Positions 1 to 10,817 of a stretch of DNA of 20,135 nucleotides are shown here, piece by piece (the stretch's first letter is position 1; each line of letters opens with the position of its first letter). A program made the position numbers and the translations under genes. The notes beneath the pieces are model-generated. The model did not search any database. It was not told where the DNA came from and saw only the letters and a list, made by a program, of their open reading frames with translations. This DNA is from Tubiluchus corallicola (lineage: Eukaryota > Animalia > Priapulida): the NCBI GenBank assembly GCA_030141605.1, contig JAQGDQ010001248.1, positions 1 through 20,135 on the forward strand, read 5' to 3'.

Positions 1-218
1 TCCATCATCATCATTATCATTGTCACATCATTGTCATAATAATTGTGTCATCATCGTCATAATCGAAATAATCATCATCATCATCACCACCACCATTGTC
101 GTTATCATCATTGTCATCATCATCATCATCATCATGTCATCACCATCATCATTGTCATCATTGTCGTCATCATCGTCATCATCATCATCATCATCATCAT
201 CGTCATCATCACCACCAT
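1..218. repeat. Complex (CAT)n microsatellite, cut by the left edge of the window
   Basis: CAT triplets interrupted by CAC, CGT, TGT and a distinctive ATAATCGAAAT. It is the reverse complement of part of the 1295-1816 tract. Confidence 0.95.
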
Positions 219-430
219 AATCTTCTTCTTATATTATTATCATCACTTTGTTTTAGTTTGCCCTGTAATTGTAGTAGCCCTTTTATTATTTTATTTCACT
301 TTTCATCTGCTTTGTCACCCGTGCATTGCACTCTGAAGATCACGAAATAAATGAAATAAAAGAGGCATAGATTAAAAAGAGGACTGCCACTGCCATCTGC
401 CCATTTCTAAGAACTCCACCATCATAAAAC

Positions 431-484
431 GACAAGAAAAGGGGTACCTGAAGTAGGTTTCAGAAAAATCGCCTTAAAAAATTA
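431..484 (+). repeat. Short dispersed repeat 'A' (GGTACCTGAAGTAGGTTTCAGAAAAATC core)
   Basis: Reverse-complement copies at about 10311-10362 and 10627-10668. Confidence 0.8.
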
Positions 485-1294
485 CAAAATAAATAATTAA
501 ATAATTCAATAAATTAACAAACTAAATACGTTGCACTACTACCTACCTGTCACTAAATGAATTTGCAACACGGAGGCTGAATGAAGCCAGTCAGAATGAC
601 CTTTCGCATGAAGCTCATCCACGTGTAAATGATGCTGCATTAGCACATTCGAAGCTGTTTTAGCACAACAAAATACTAATGAACGTATTAGCTCCCAGAT
701 GCACGAAACGCTGTTGATAGCCACACATCAGCAAAAAGCAACAACTCGCATACGGACGAAAGAGTTTAATTAAAACACGTATTGATTAATCACGTGACAG
801 TGTCAACATTACACGAGACGACGAAATGTCCTGGTCAATAGTATCCGTCTTCGCGTCCGACCTGGTCGGATGTTTTAATTACTTATATTACACAGCGGTG
901 CCGAGGCTAAAAACGCGTCAGCTAGGCTCAAGGCATACGGAAACATAGCAGTAATGGTAGCGTAAGACCGCTGCAGATGCTGTCACTGCACAGACTGGGA
1001 GCACTCGCCGTGTGCAGCAGCGCAAACACTCGCTGGAATTAGCGCACCCTAGCGAGTAGTTGCGGATGGTTAGAACTTGTTTCGTTTGGTGTTTTTTCTC
1101 TGGTGTTTGCTTAGCCTAATTTCAGGCAGTAGGAAAAAACTCTCTGTGTTCGTTTGATGTTGTTTCAAAAACGCAATTCAGAAAGGGGAAATTTCCACTG
1201 GTCAAAAATGTGAAATTTCTGCGCAAGTGAGGGTGGGGGGAGGAAAAAGAGATTGTGCCCAAAAAACATTTCTTAGTAAGAAAAGATAGAAGCT

Positions 1295-1385
1295 ATGATG
1301 TGATGAAATGACATAGATGATGACGGCAGAATGACGACTACGATTATGATGGTGGCAGTTGTAATGATGACGGTGATGATGACGT

Positions 1386-1447
<62 letters not shown>

Positions 1448-1751
1448 GTGGTGGAGGTGGTGGTGCTGGAGGTAGTGACGATGATGATGACAAGGACAAT
1501 GATGACGATGGTGATGATGATGATGCTGACAACGACAATGATGATAATGATAATGGTGGTGGTGATGATGATGATGATGATGATGATGACGATGATGACG
1601 ATGATGACGACAATGATGACAATGATGATGGTGATGATGATGATGATGATGATGATGATGACAATGATGATAACGACAATGGTGGTGGTGATGATGATGA
1701 TGATGATTTCGATTATGACGATGATGACGACAATGATGACAATGATGATGG

Positions 1752-1788
<37 letters not shown>

Positions 1789-1816
1789 CATGATGATGAT
1801 GGCGATGATGATGATG
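1295..1816. repeat. Complex (GAT)n microsatellite
   Basis: Long pure GAT runs with GAC, GGT and AAT variants. It is the source of the poly-M, poly-I and poly-S ORFs. Confidence 0.97.
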
Positions 1817-2589
1817 TCAAAATAGAAAAATTAACAGAAGTAAGATCTTCGCGTAGAACGGAACTTATTTCAGTTCCAAATTCGCCAGTTGACAAAAAGA
1901 ACTAGTTTCACTACCACGTTCATGAAGAAGGAATTAATTGAAGGAAAACCGGACGATTGTTTAGGCTCAATCTCATTGTAATTTACTGTCCAAATTATAC
2001 ATTTTCTTGGCTATAAAAGTTAACAATTGTTTCTTATATTTGAATAATTAGCTTAGAAAGTTAACTAACGGCAACAGAACACAGCTATTGCTTACGTCAG
2101 AAACTAACCACAGATTGTGCAATGGCAGGCATTTTCCCTTGTGCGTCAAGCACATTTGCACAGGTGTTAACGCTGAAACGCATGATGTCACGAAAAATGC
2201 GCTTTACTTCATGTGACGTCAGAAACTAACACTGCAGTTCATGATCATGGTTATCACGGTACCATCTTCTGTTTATCGGCCACGCGAATGTGACAAAAAG
2301 GCGCCGCTGCCAATCTTATTAGATTCACTGAGCCGCGCGTAGCTTTGAAAGTTTAACGAAATTGGAGTATCCGAGGTAATTATTATTTAATCTAAGCTTT
2401 GATTTAAAAAAGCTGTTGTAGTTTTCAATATTTTAGAGCATTCTTTATTCTGAACTCGTGTCTACACAATCATCCGGTTTTCCTTTAAAAAACAGCATCT
2501 CTGTTAACTATTACTGTAAGTTTACAACACTTGGTATTTTACAGTCTAAAAGGCTCTCAGCATTGGAGAAGACAATTAATGAGGTTTCC

Positions 2590-2905
2590 CCGCATCTTTG
2601 GCTTTAATAATATTACAGAAGCGGATCCAGAGGAGGTCCTTCAGATTTGGACAGCATCAAAATTCCTGGATCCGTCCCCGACATTAAGAGGTAAAGTACA
2701 GAGCTAAACATTCTTTTGAATTTCAAGTTGCATTGAATTGATCTGATTTAAAATTTAATTTTCTACATCATCCTTGGTTTTAAGAATATTACAGAAACTG
2801 ATCTAGAGGGGGTTCAAAGCAACCGGACCCCTTCTTTTCAGAAATCCTGGATCCGCCCCTAATATTAAGACGTAAAGCGTAGACATAGTGCTAAATAATT
2901 TTTTC
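2590..2905. repeat. Diverged ~175 bp tandem duplication, each unit carrying a ~70 bp MITE-like remnant (GGATCC-type inverted ends)
   Basis: The pattern CATCYTTGG..AATATTACAGAA..GATCYAGAGG...TCCTGGATCCGYCCC..ATTAAGA..GTAAAG occurs at about 2592-2715 and 2769-2900. Confidence 0.7.
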
Positions 2906-3098
2906 ATATAATTCCAACGCTCGATGACAGGTGTAGAGCTGTACCGGGACCGGGATCTATGCTTCGAAGATGAGACACTTGACAGAAATGTTTTAGCTGC
3001 TCTTAACTACACATGGCTGTTCGTGGATCCTCCCTCGAAGAGGCGAACGGGCAGAAACAGCATAGAGTTTGAAACAATTCACGCCCACTCACCTATTT
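2716..3098 (+). repeat. Dispersed repeat 'B' (~380 bp), inverted copy of 10818-11203
   Basis: Colinear reverse-complement match, for example AGCTGTACCGGGACCGGGATCTATGCTTC versus GAAGCATAGATCCCGGTCCCGGTACAGCT, and TTGAATTTCAAGTTGCATTGAATT versus AATTCAATGCAACTTGAAATTCAA. Confidence 0.92.
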
Positions 3099-3455
3099 GC
3101 TAGCCAGGCCCAGTATTGCTTAACTTTAAAGCACATAGCGCGACCACTCGGCTGCTCTCTTCGCTCTTCCTGAGTAATTATGCAGTCCATTAGCTATACA
3201 AACATTTTAAATTCATTATCGTTGTTTTATAATTTCTTGTAATTAATACGTAACGTAATTCAATGTAAAGCTTTCCTCTGCTTTGATGAAGTGCCGCTGA
3301 AGTAAGATTTAAAGGGAAATGATAGTAAATCTTGCTATCCTTCGTTTTCATGTGTTGCTAAGGAGATGCTCATCTCCCTATCTGAGATGAATCAGGCTAT
3401 CTGATGCATATCATAAACTACACAGCAGATGGAGGAACATACTTTGTTGTTGGCA

Positions 3456-3535
3456 TATATATATATATAGCATAATATATATATATATATATATATATAC
3501 GTAAATATATATATATATGCTAATATATATACAAT
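3456..3535. repeat. Interrupted (TA)n microsatellite
   Basis: TA dinucleotide runs seen directly. Confidence 0.95.
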
Positions 3536-3824
3536 ATTAGCATGACTTAAAAATGATAGATTAAAAAAAGCCGCATACAAGCTAAATAAAACAGGACCCA
3601 ACACCAAACCCTGAGGAACCCCACAGTCTAGTGCTCGGGCATACGACACCACTTATTGAATGTGAACAGACTGACTTCGCCCACAAGAAACTTTATTAAT
3701 TAACGTTTAAGGCAAGTCTGTTGACCTTCATCCAATGTCAAATTTCACTGATACAAGCTTCAATTTGACTGACTGGAGCACTGTTCTCCTGACACGTGAT
3801 GTAGAGTTGTGTCATCAGCATATA
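3456..3824 (-). pseudogene. Degenerate non-LTR retrotransposon (L2/CR1-like) reverse transcriptase fragment with permuted motif order
   Basis: The minus strand gives YADD(frameshift)QLYI...SQIEACISEI*HWMKVNRLALN (3822-3700), then GRSQSVHIQ*VVSYARALDCGVPQGLVLGPVLFSLY (about 3682-3575). It carries stops and a frameshift and is flanked by a 12-bp direct repeat TTGTTGTTGGCA (3444-3455 and 3825-3836). Confidence 0.85.
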
Positions 3825-4190
3825 TTGTTGTTGGCAACCTTCTGTCTCGGGTGACAATGGAGTGTGCACCAAGAGAATCAGTTATTGATCACATTCATGG
3901 AGCTGCAGCGTCGACTGTGGCTGAGCAGTGTGATCCTTGAACCACACGCCTGGGCAAGGTTTATAGAGATCCTAAGTTGCCCAGACAACAGGAACCCCCT
4001 TTCTTCCTCCCCGGTGTAGTCCAAAGGAAAGCGGAGCGTCTAGTGTCGAGATACAGTGTGGGCATTCTGCAAGCCTACAGCACCTGGTAGTCCTAGGCAG
4101 TCACCCATCCAAGTACTAACCAGGCTCTACGTTGCTTAACTTCGGTGATCAGACGAGAACCGGTGTTTTCAACGTGATTTGGCCGTAGAA
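3825..4190 (-). mobile_element. 5S rRNA-derived SINE (SINE3-type), copy A
   Basis: 5S-like head (4190-4071), body shared with 9442-9669 and 16358-16765, and GCCAACAACAA tail. A 12-bp TSD GAACATACTTTG lies at 4188-4199 and 3435-3446, so the right TSD is displaced by the nested insert. Confidence 0.9.
4071..4190 (-). pseudogene. 5S rRNA-like sequence (SINE head, not a functional 5S gene)
   Basis: The reverse complement CTACGGCCAAATCACGTTGAAAACACCGGTTCTCGTCTGATCACCGAAGTTAAGCAACGT...GTACTTGGATGGGTGAC...GTGCTGTAGGCTT matches the animal 5S rRNA pattern over ~120 nt, including box A and box C. It has no oligo-T terminator and continues into the SINE body. Confidence 0.85.
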
Positions 4191-4526
4191 CATACTTTGA
4201 TTATATATAATTATTGTATGTCACAGAACTCTCTTAAACATGCTTAAATGTGCAAGACTATGTGTTATGCTTCATCTGTGTACATCATATTTATTAATTA
4301 GTTTCATTTATTAACTCATTCATCTTTCATTTACTGTGTGCAACTAACCTTGTGGATGCTTTTATCTGAAATAAATTGAAATTGAATTGAAAATTATTAA
4401 TCTGCTTGTGCAAGACAGGGTTATAAACCGCTATAATTTTATACTGGAAGTTTCTTTTATGCAGAAATAATTAACTCTTTTTGGTGAAATAATTCAAATG
4501 TGGAAAATCGATCCTAATGAATCACT

Positions 4527-4752
4527 AATGATGATGACGATGGTGATGATGACGATGATGTTGATGATGATAATAATAATATTAATAATGGCATTGATAA
4601 TGATAATGACAATAATGATAATAATAATAATGATAATGATAATAATAATGATGATGATGATAATAATAATAATACTAATAATAATAATGACAATGATATG
4701 AGTAATAATAATAATAATAGTAATAATAATAACGGAAATGATAATAATAATC
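4527..4752. repeat. Compound (GAT)n/(AAT)n microsatellite
   Basis: ATG/ATA triplet tract seen directly. Confidence 0.95.
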
Positions 4753-6595
4753 ATTGAATGGCAACAAAATTTTTTTCAACAACTGCATTTCAACATCAAA
4801 TCAAAATGGAGTAAATAAAAAAAATTTAAGAATTTACAACATATATAAAATAGATTATATCAGCTTTTTCTAATGATTTCACTGTTTCTCTTGCTAAACG
4901 CAAAACAAACAGATACAAAAACAAAAGTGCGAATTAGACACCCCTTTAGAACTCCGTCTGCTGATGTGGCCTTATAAAGGCTCGATTTTTATAAGTGTTT
5001 GTGGTGTGGTAGAACTCTGGGCTTTCATAAGTATTGAATGAAAAGGCGTCCATTTCTTCCCCGAGTGTACAATTCCCAAATAAATTCTGATAAAAATCTA
5101 ATGACAAAATTCAGTAACGTACATAACACGCCACGCATGCGCACACTGGGCTTCATAGTCTACATGTCACAAGTTGTAACACAAATTTAATTCTTCGTAA
5201 CAACAGTAATTGTCACGATGAAAAATGGTAAAAACAAGAGAACATGACGTTTCAAATCACAATTTTTGTTTAACCTGAGGTGAATGACTAAAAAAAGTAT
5301 CTCATAAGATTACTAAATTCTCTGGGTTTTTTACTATGAATAAATACAAAAAATTCCACGCGTATGAAAAAATGCAATCGCACAGTCAGTAAAAATTAAT
5401 TAAAACGACTTAATTAATTAGCGCTTAGACTGGGTATGCAGTTGTGACATTATAAGCACTTTGGTTTCACAAGTGCTTGTGGTGCGTTAGAAAATGTGAG
5501 CTTTCCAACATAGAATAAAATAATCTTATGGAATAGAAAATACATCTTTTTTTCCTGCTTCTCTTGCTAAATGCAAAACAAGCAGGTAAAAAAATTAAAA
5601 ATTAAATTTTTAAATCAACCTTAGCCTGGGTATGCGGTTGGGAACCTTATTAACATTTCCTTTTCACAAGTGCTTGTGGTGCGTTAGAAAATGTGAGCTT
5701 TCTTAAGTATTGAAAAAAGGCGTTCATTTCCTCCCCTGCTGTACAATTTACAAATCAATTTTGACAAAGTTCTAATGAATAAATTTAGAGACGTGCATAA
5801 CATGCCACGCATGCGCAGTGAGAGATTTATAGCTTACATACCGAATGTTGTAAAGCAAATTTAGTTTTTAGTAACAGCAAGAGCAACGACAATGTAGAAA
5901 GAGCAAAACGTTTCGTAAAAACAATAGTACATGAAGTTTCAAATCATCATATTAGGTAAATCCTGAGCTAAAAGGCTAAGAAAGAAAAAAGTATCTCATA
6001 AAAATACTAAATTCTAATTTCTAGGTTTTTCACTACGAATAAATACGAAAATTACGTCGCAAATAAAATCACACAGAAATACAATGAATAATAGGTACAT
6101 GAAAAAAATACAGCATAAAATCAGTAGGTACAATTTCAGAATATTAGAGCTACAGAATTTTTTGATAATCTTACTTACAATTGGCAAATTAAAGTTTAAC
6201 AGGAAAAAAATCATCATTGAATGGAAACAAAAATAATTTCTTTCAACAACTGTATTTCAACATCGAAGCAAAATGGCGTAAATAAAAAAATATTAAGAAT
6301 TTACAGCATATATAAAACAGATTATATCTGCATTTTCTAATGATTTTCCTGTTTCTCTTGCTAAACGCAAAACAAACATACAAAAACAAACGTAGGATTT
6401 AGGGAAGCAGGAAAGAAATCGTTATCGAATAGAAGCAAAATTGATTAATTTCAATGTCAAATCGTAAACAAAGAAGTTTAAGAATGAACAAACATAGAAT
6501 AAAATAATTTTATAGAGCAGAATAGAATATATATCTTTTTTGTAATATTTTTCCTGCTTCTCTTGCTAAATTCAAAACGAGCAGGTACAAAAATC
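4750..6595. repeat. Old, mosaic direct-repeat region (decayed large-unit tandem repeat)
   Basis: 4750-4935 resembles 6213-6400; 4990-5360 resembles 5665-6060; 5424-5505 resembles 5620-5702; 5507-5590 resembles 6491-6593. The motif TTCTCTTGCTAAA recurs near 4886, 5559, 6353 and 6558. Confidence 0.85.
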
Positions 6596-6663
6596 AGGTG
6601 ATTAAGGGTTTAATTACCATAATTATCGCATAGTCTGCGGTTGTGACTATAAATACTTCGAGT

Positions 6664-8955
6664 ACACTGATGATGACAGCAATACGGTGTACCACTGATG
6701 ATGACAGCTGTATGGTGTACCACTGATGATGACAGCTGTACAGTGTACCACTGATGATGACAGCTGTACGGCGTACCACTGATGATGACAGCTGTACAGT
6801 GTACCACTGATGATGACAGCTGTACGGTGTACCGCTGATGATGACAGCTGTATGGCGTACCACTGATGATGACAGCTGCACAGTGTACCACTGATGATGA
6901 CAGCTGTACGGCGTACCACTGATGATGACAGCTGTACAGTGTACCACTGATGATGACAGCTGTACGGCGTACCACTGATGATGACAGCTGTACAGTGTAC
7001 CACTGATGATGACAGCTGTACGGTGTACCACTGATGACGTCAGCTGTATGGTGTACCACTGATGATGACAGCTGTATGGTGTACCACTGATGATGACAGC
7101 TGTACGGCGTACCACTGATGATGACAGCTGTACAGTGTACCACTGATGATGACAGCTGTACGGTGTACCACTGATGACGTCAGCTGTATGGTGTACCACT
7201 GATGATGACAGCTGTATGGTGTACCACTGATGATGACAGCTGTATGGTGTACCACTGATGATGACAGCTGTACAGCGTACCACTGATGATGACAGCTGTA
7301 CAGTGTACCACTGATGATGACAGCTGTGCAGTGTACCACTAATGATGACAGCTGTACAGCGTACCACTGATGATGACAGCTGTACGGTGTACCGCTGATG
7401 ATGACAGCTGTATGGCGTACCACTGATGATGACAGCTGCACAGTGTACCACTGATGATGACAGCTGTACGGTGTACCACTGATGACGTCAGCTGTACGGT
7501 GTACCACTGATGATGACAGCTGTATGGTGTACCACTGATGATGACAGCTGTTTGGTGTACCACCGATGATGACAGCTGTATGGTGTACCACTGATGATGA
7601 CAGCTGTATGGTGTACCACTGATGATGACAGCAATACGGTGTACCACTGATAATGACAGCAAAACAGTGTACCACTGATGATGACAGCTGTACAGTGTAC
7701 CACTGATGACGTCAGCTGTACGGTGTACCACTGATGATGACAGCTGTAGGGTGTACCACCGATGATGACAGCTGTATGGTGTACCACTGATGATGACAGC
7801 TGTACAGCGTACCACTGATGATGACAGCTGTGCAGTGTACCACTAATGATGACAGCTGTACAGCGTACCACTGATGATGACAGCTGTACGGTGTACCGCT
7901 GATGATGACAGCTGTATGGCGTACCACTGATGATGACAGCTGTACAGTGTACCACTGATGATGACAGCTGTACGGTGTACCACTGATAATGACAGCAAAA
8001 CAGTGTACCACTGATGATGACAGCTGTACGGTGTACCACTGATGATGACAGCTGTATGGTGTACCACTGATGATGACAGCTGTATGGTGTACCACCGATG
8101 ATGACAGCTGTATGGTGTACCACTGATGATGACAGCTGTATGGTGTACCACTGATGATGACAGCAATACGGTGTACCACTGATAATGACAGCAAAACAGT
8201 GTACCACTGATGATGACAGCTGTACAGTGTACCACTGATGACGTCAGCTGTACGGTGTACCACTGATGATGACAGCTGTATGGTGTACCACCGATGATGA
8301 CAGCTGTATGGTGTACCACTGATGATGTCAGCTGTACGGTGTACCACTGATGATGACAGCTGTATGGTGTACCACTGATGATGACAGCTGTATGGTGTAC
8401 CACCGATGATGACAGCTGTATGGTGTACCACTGATGATGACAGCTGTATGGTGTACCACTGATGATGACAGCAATACGGTGTACCACTGATAATGACAGC
8501 AAAACAGTGTACCACTGATGATGACAGCTGTACAGTGTACCACTGATGACGTCAGCTGTACGGTGTACCACTGATGATGACAGCTGTACGGTGTACCACC
8601 GATGATGACAGCTGTATGGTGTACCACTGATGATGACAGCTGTACGGTGTACCACTGATGATGACAGCAATACGGTGTACCACTGATAATGACAGCAAAA
8701 CAGTGTACCACTGATGATGACAGCTGTACGGCGTACCACTGATGACGTCAGCTGTACGGTGTACCACTGATGATGACAGCTGTATGGTGTACCACTGATG
8801 ATGACAGCTGTATGGTGTACCACCGATGATGACAGCTGTGCAGCGTACCACTGATGATGACAGCTGTACGGTGTACCACTGATGATGACAGCTGTGCAGT
8901 GTATACTGATGATGACAGCTGTGCAGTGTACCACTGATGATGACAGCTGTACAGT
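6664..8955. repeat. 28-bp minisatellite, about 82 units, consensus GTACCACTGATGATGACAGCTGTACGGT
   Basis: Near-strict 28-nt period with a small set of recurring variants. It explains all the minus-strand ORFs between 6594 and 8934. Confidence 0.98.
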
Positions 8956-8977
8956 TGTACTGTACTGTATCTTGCGC

Positions 8978-9158
8978 AGTTTTTTATGCTATGTAGATTT
9001 TCTAGTTTGCCATTTTATCACCATTTTTAGTCTATTGTTATTGGCTTAAATCAAAATAACTATTAACAGATCAAATAACTGTCAGTTGTAAATTTTTTTT
9101 TTATTTTAAAGGCAGAAAATATTCTCGTATCCCACGGGATACATCGGGTATGAAAGGG
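8978..9158 (+). mobile_element. Truncated right half of a piggyBac-like non-autonomous element
   Basis: Near-identical to about 12360-12538. It ends GGGTATGAAAGGG followed by TTAA (9159-9162). No left TIR was found, and it abuts the 28-bp array. Confidence 0.8.
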
Positions 9159-9441
9159 TTAACGGCCGTTCGACGTAATGCTTTCATTCAGGAACGCTGA
9201 TGACAACTGCATGACAGCGCCATCTAGGTTACATTATTTACACTAAAATATATTGTTTTTGTTTGAAATTTGAAAATTGCGCATGTCAAATTTTAGAAAA
9301 ATTTAAAAGGTACGCTAGTTTCTCTGGGTTCGCGGAGAATTTTATGAAGTAAAATATAGATGGCAGCACCTAATGTCTTCATTCCAGTGCGTTTTAATTT
9401 GGATATTTGTTTGTGGATAAATAGCTGCACATTTATTGCAC

Positions 9442-9669
9442 GAAACGTATCGCTCCGCTTTCCTTTGGACTACACCAGGGAGGAAGAGAGGGGGTTCTTG
9501 TTGTCTGGGCAACTCAGGATCTCAATACACCTTGCCCAGGCGTGCGCCCTGGAGACGTTCAAGGATCGGACTGCTCAGCCACAGTCGACGCTGCAGTTCC
9601 ATCAATGTGATCAATGACTCTCTTGGCGCACACTCCATTGTCTTCCAAGACAGAAGGATGCCAACAACA
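9442..9669 (+). mobile_element. 5'-truncated copy B of the 5S-derived SINE (body and tail only)
   Basis: Body CTCCGCTTTCCTTTGGACTACACC...CACAGTCGACGCTGCAG...GCACACTCCATTGTC...GCCAACAAC, with a 13-bp TSD ACATTTATTGCAC at 9429-9441 and 9670-9682. Confidence 0.92.
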
Positions 9670-10310
9670 ACATTTATTGCACAAAAAAAATCCTCGACTT
9701 ATATAAAGCTTAAAAAATTCGTCTTGAAATTTTATACCATTTACGTACTGCCTTTTTGTTATACAGGCTTACGTCGGCAGTAACGCTGTATGAAACATGT
9801 AAATTTAAACTCCTGTGATGACCGTTAGCCGTAGCCATTTTAATGGTAGGTCGTTTGAAACAAGTTTAAATAACGTTGCCTGAAATTTGAAATCATAATC
9901 AGAGCATTAGTAGTACACATGTTACTAACTAAGTAAAATTTTAAATTACTGTATCTTGTCAATAAGATTAAAAAATGCGTTTTTTGATGAGTTAAGGGCG
10001 CACCATGGAGGATGAGCCAGCGATATTTTACCAATTGGTGAAAGAATTTTAAATAATTAATAATTTTCTTTTCTAGTTACATAACCCCTTTCAGCAGCTA
10101 AACGAAATGCTAAGTAATATAGCTTTGCATGGAAAGTTTTTTTGAGACGCATAGTTTATCATTTCCTTTTCTTCCCCCTGGTTTACGTTGTGCGTATATG
10201 ACGTCACGCAATGGCTCGGTCGGAACAATATTACGAAAGGTTTAAATTAAAAACAAGAAATTCTTTTTAGCGCGAGTACGATATTCGCATAAAAATGCTG
10301 TAATGTAATA

Positions 10311-10668
10311 TAATTTTTAAGGGGATTTTTCTGAAACCTACTTCAGGTACCCTTTTTTTGTCCTTTAAGTCTAAGTGGCACTGTAACAGGGGAAATATAT
10401 ATATAACGTAACACGTGCAACACGCTCGTGGAATATTTCTGCTGTTGCAAATTATGTTCGTTTGTGATGTCATGAATAGTTGGGCTCGCCCGCCATTCAC
10501 ATAAGTTTTTATCTATTATCTAATTATCGAGAATGCTTTTGTGTATTAATTGTGTTAAAATGTATACTTTTTATTGAATTGAAAATGGGGTAGTATATGG
10601 AAAATCATCCTGTCTTCCTTTAAATTGGCGATTTTTCTGAAACCTATTTCAGGTACCTCTTTTCTTGC
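10311..10668 (-). repeat. Two copies of short repeat 'A' (10311-10362 and 10627-10668)
   Basis: GATTTTTCTGAAACCTAYTTCAGGTACC occurs twice and is the reverse complement of 431-484. Confidence 0.8.
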
Positions 10669-10817
10669 CCTTCGAATTCTTTATTGTTTTTTAAACACAA
10701 TGGTCGGTTCGCTATTTTCTCTCCCCTTAACTTGCACTGAAAACTTTTAAGCCATATCTGTCTGAACAGTAGTACGCATGCGTTTGTAGACCGGATGTGA
10801 TTATTACATATTTTGTG

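Noticed and set aside
547-654. Possible minus-strand exon ending at a CAG|GTAGGT donor
   Set aside because: One frame is open, but the peptide is not recognisable, the acceptor is weak and no partner exons were found. RNA-seq would be needed.
20-1825. Poly-His/Ser/Ile/Met ORFs (also 4494-4754)
   Set aside because: They are translations of triplet microsatellites.
6594-8934. Long minus-strand ORFs (118-363 aa)
   Set aside because: All three frames give the same 28-aa cycle because the 28-nt unit lacks stops on that strand. There is no independent coding evidence.
6667-8945. CTGA/TGATGA (box D/box C-like) motif in every unit, suggesting a snoRNA or K-turn array
   Set aside because: The motifs overlap within a GAT triplet run and lack C/D snoRNA spacing, terminal stems or guide sequences.
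6664-8955. CRISPR-like array (constant ~20 nt plus a variable segment)
   Set aside because: The variable part is only ~8 nt with a few recurring point variants, not unique spacers. There are no cas genes and the context is eukaryotic.
9215-9372. CTCF/YY1-like AGATGGCGC and AGATGGCAGC motifs (also near 390 and 13827)
   Set aside because: Short partial matches are common in repeat-derived DNA and cannot be supported without a matrix scan or ChIP data.
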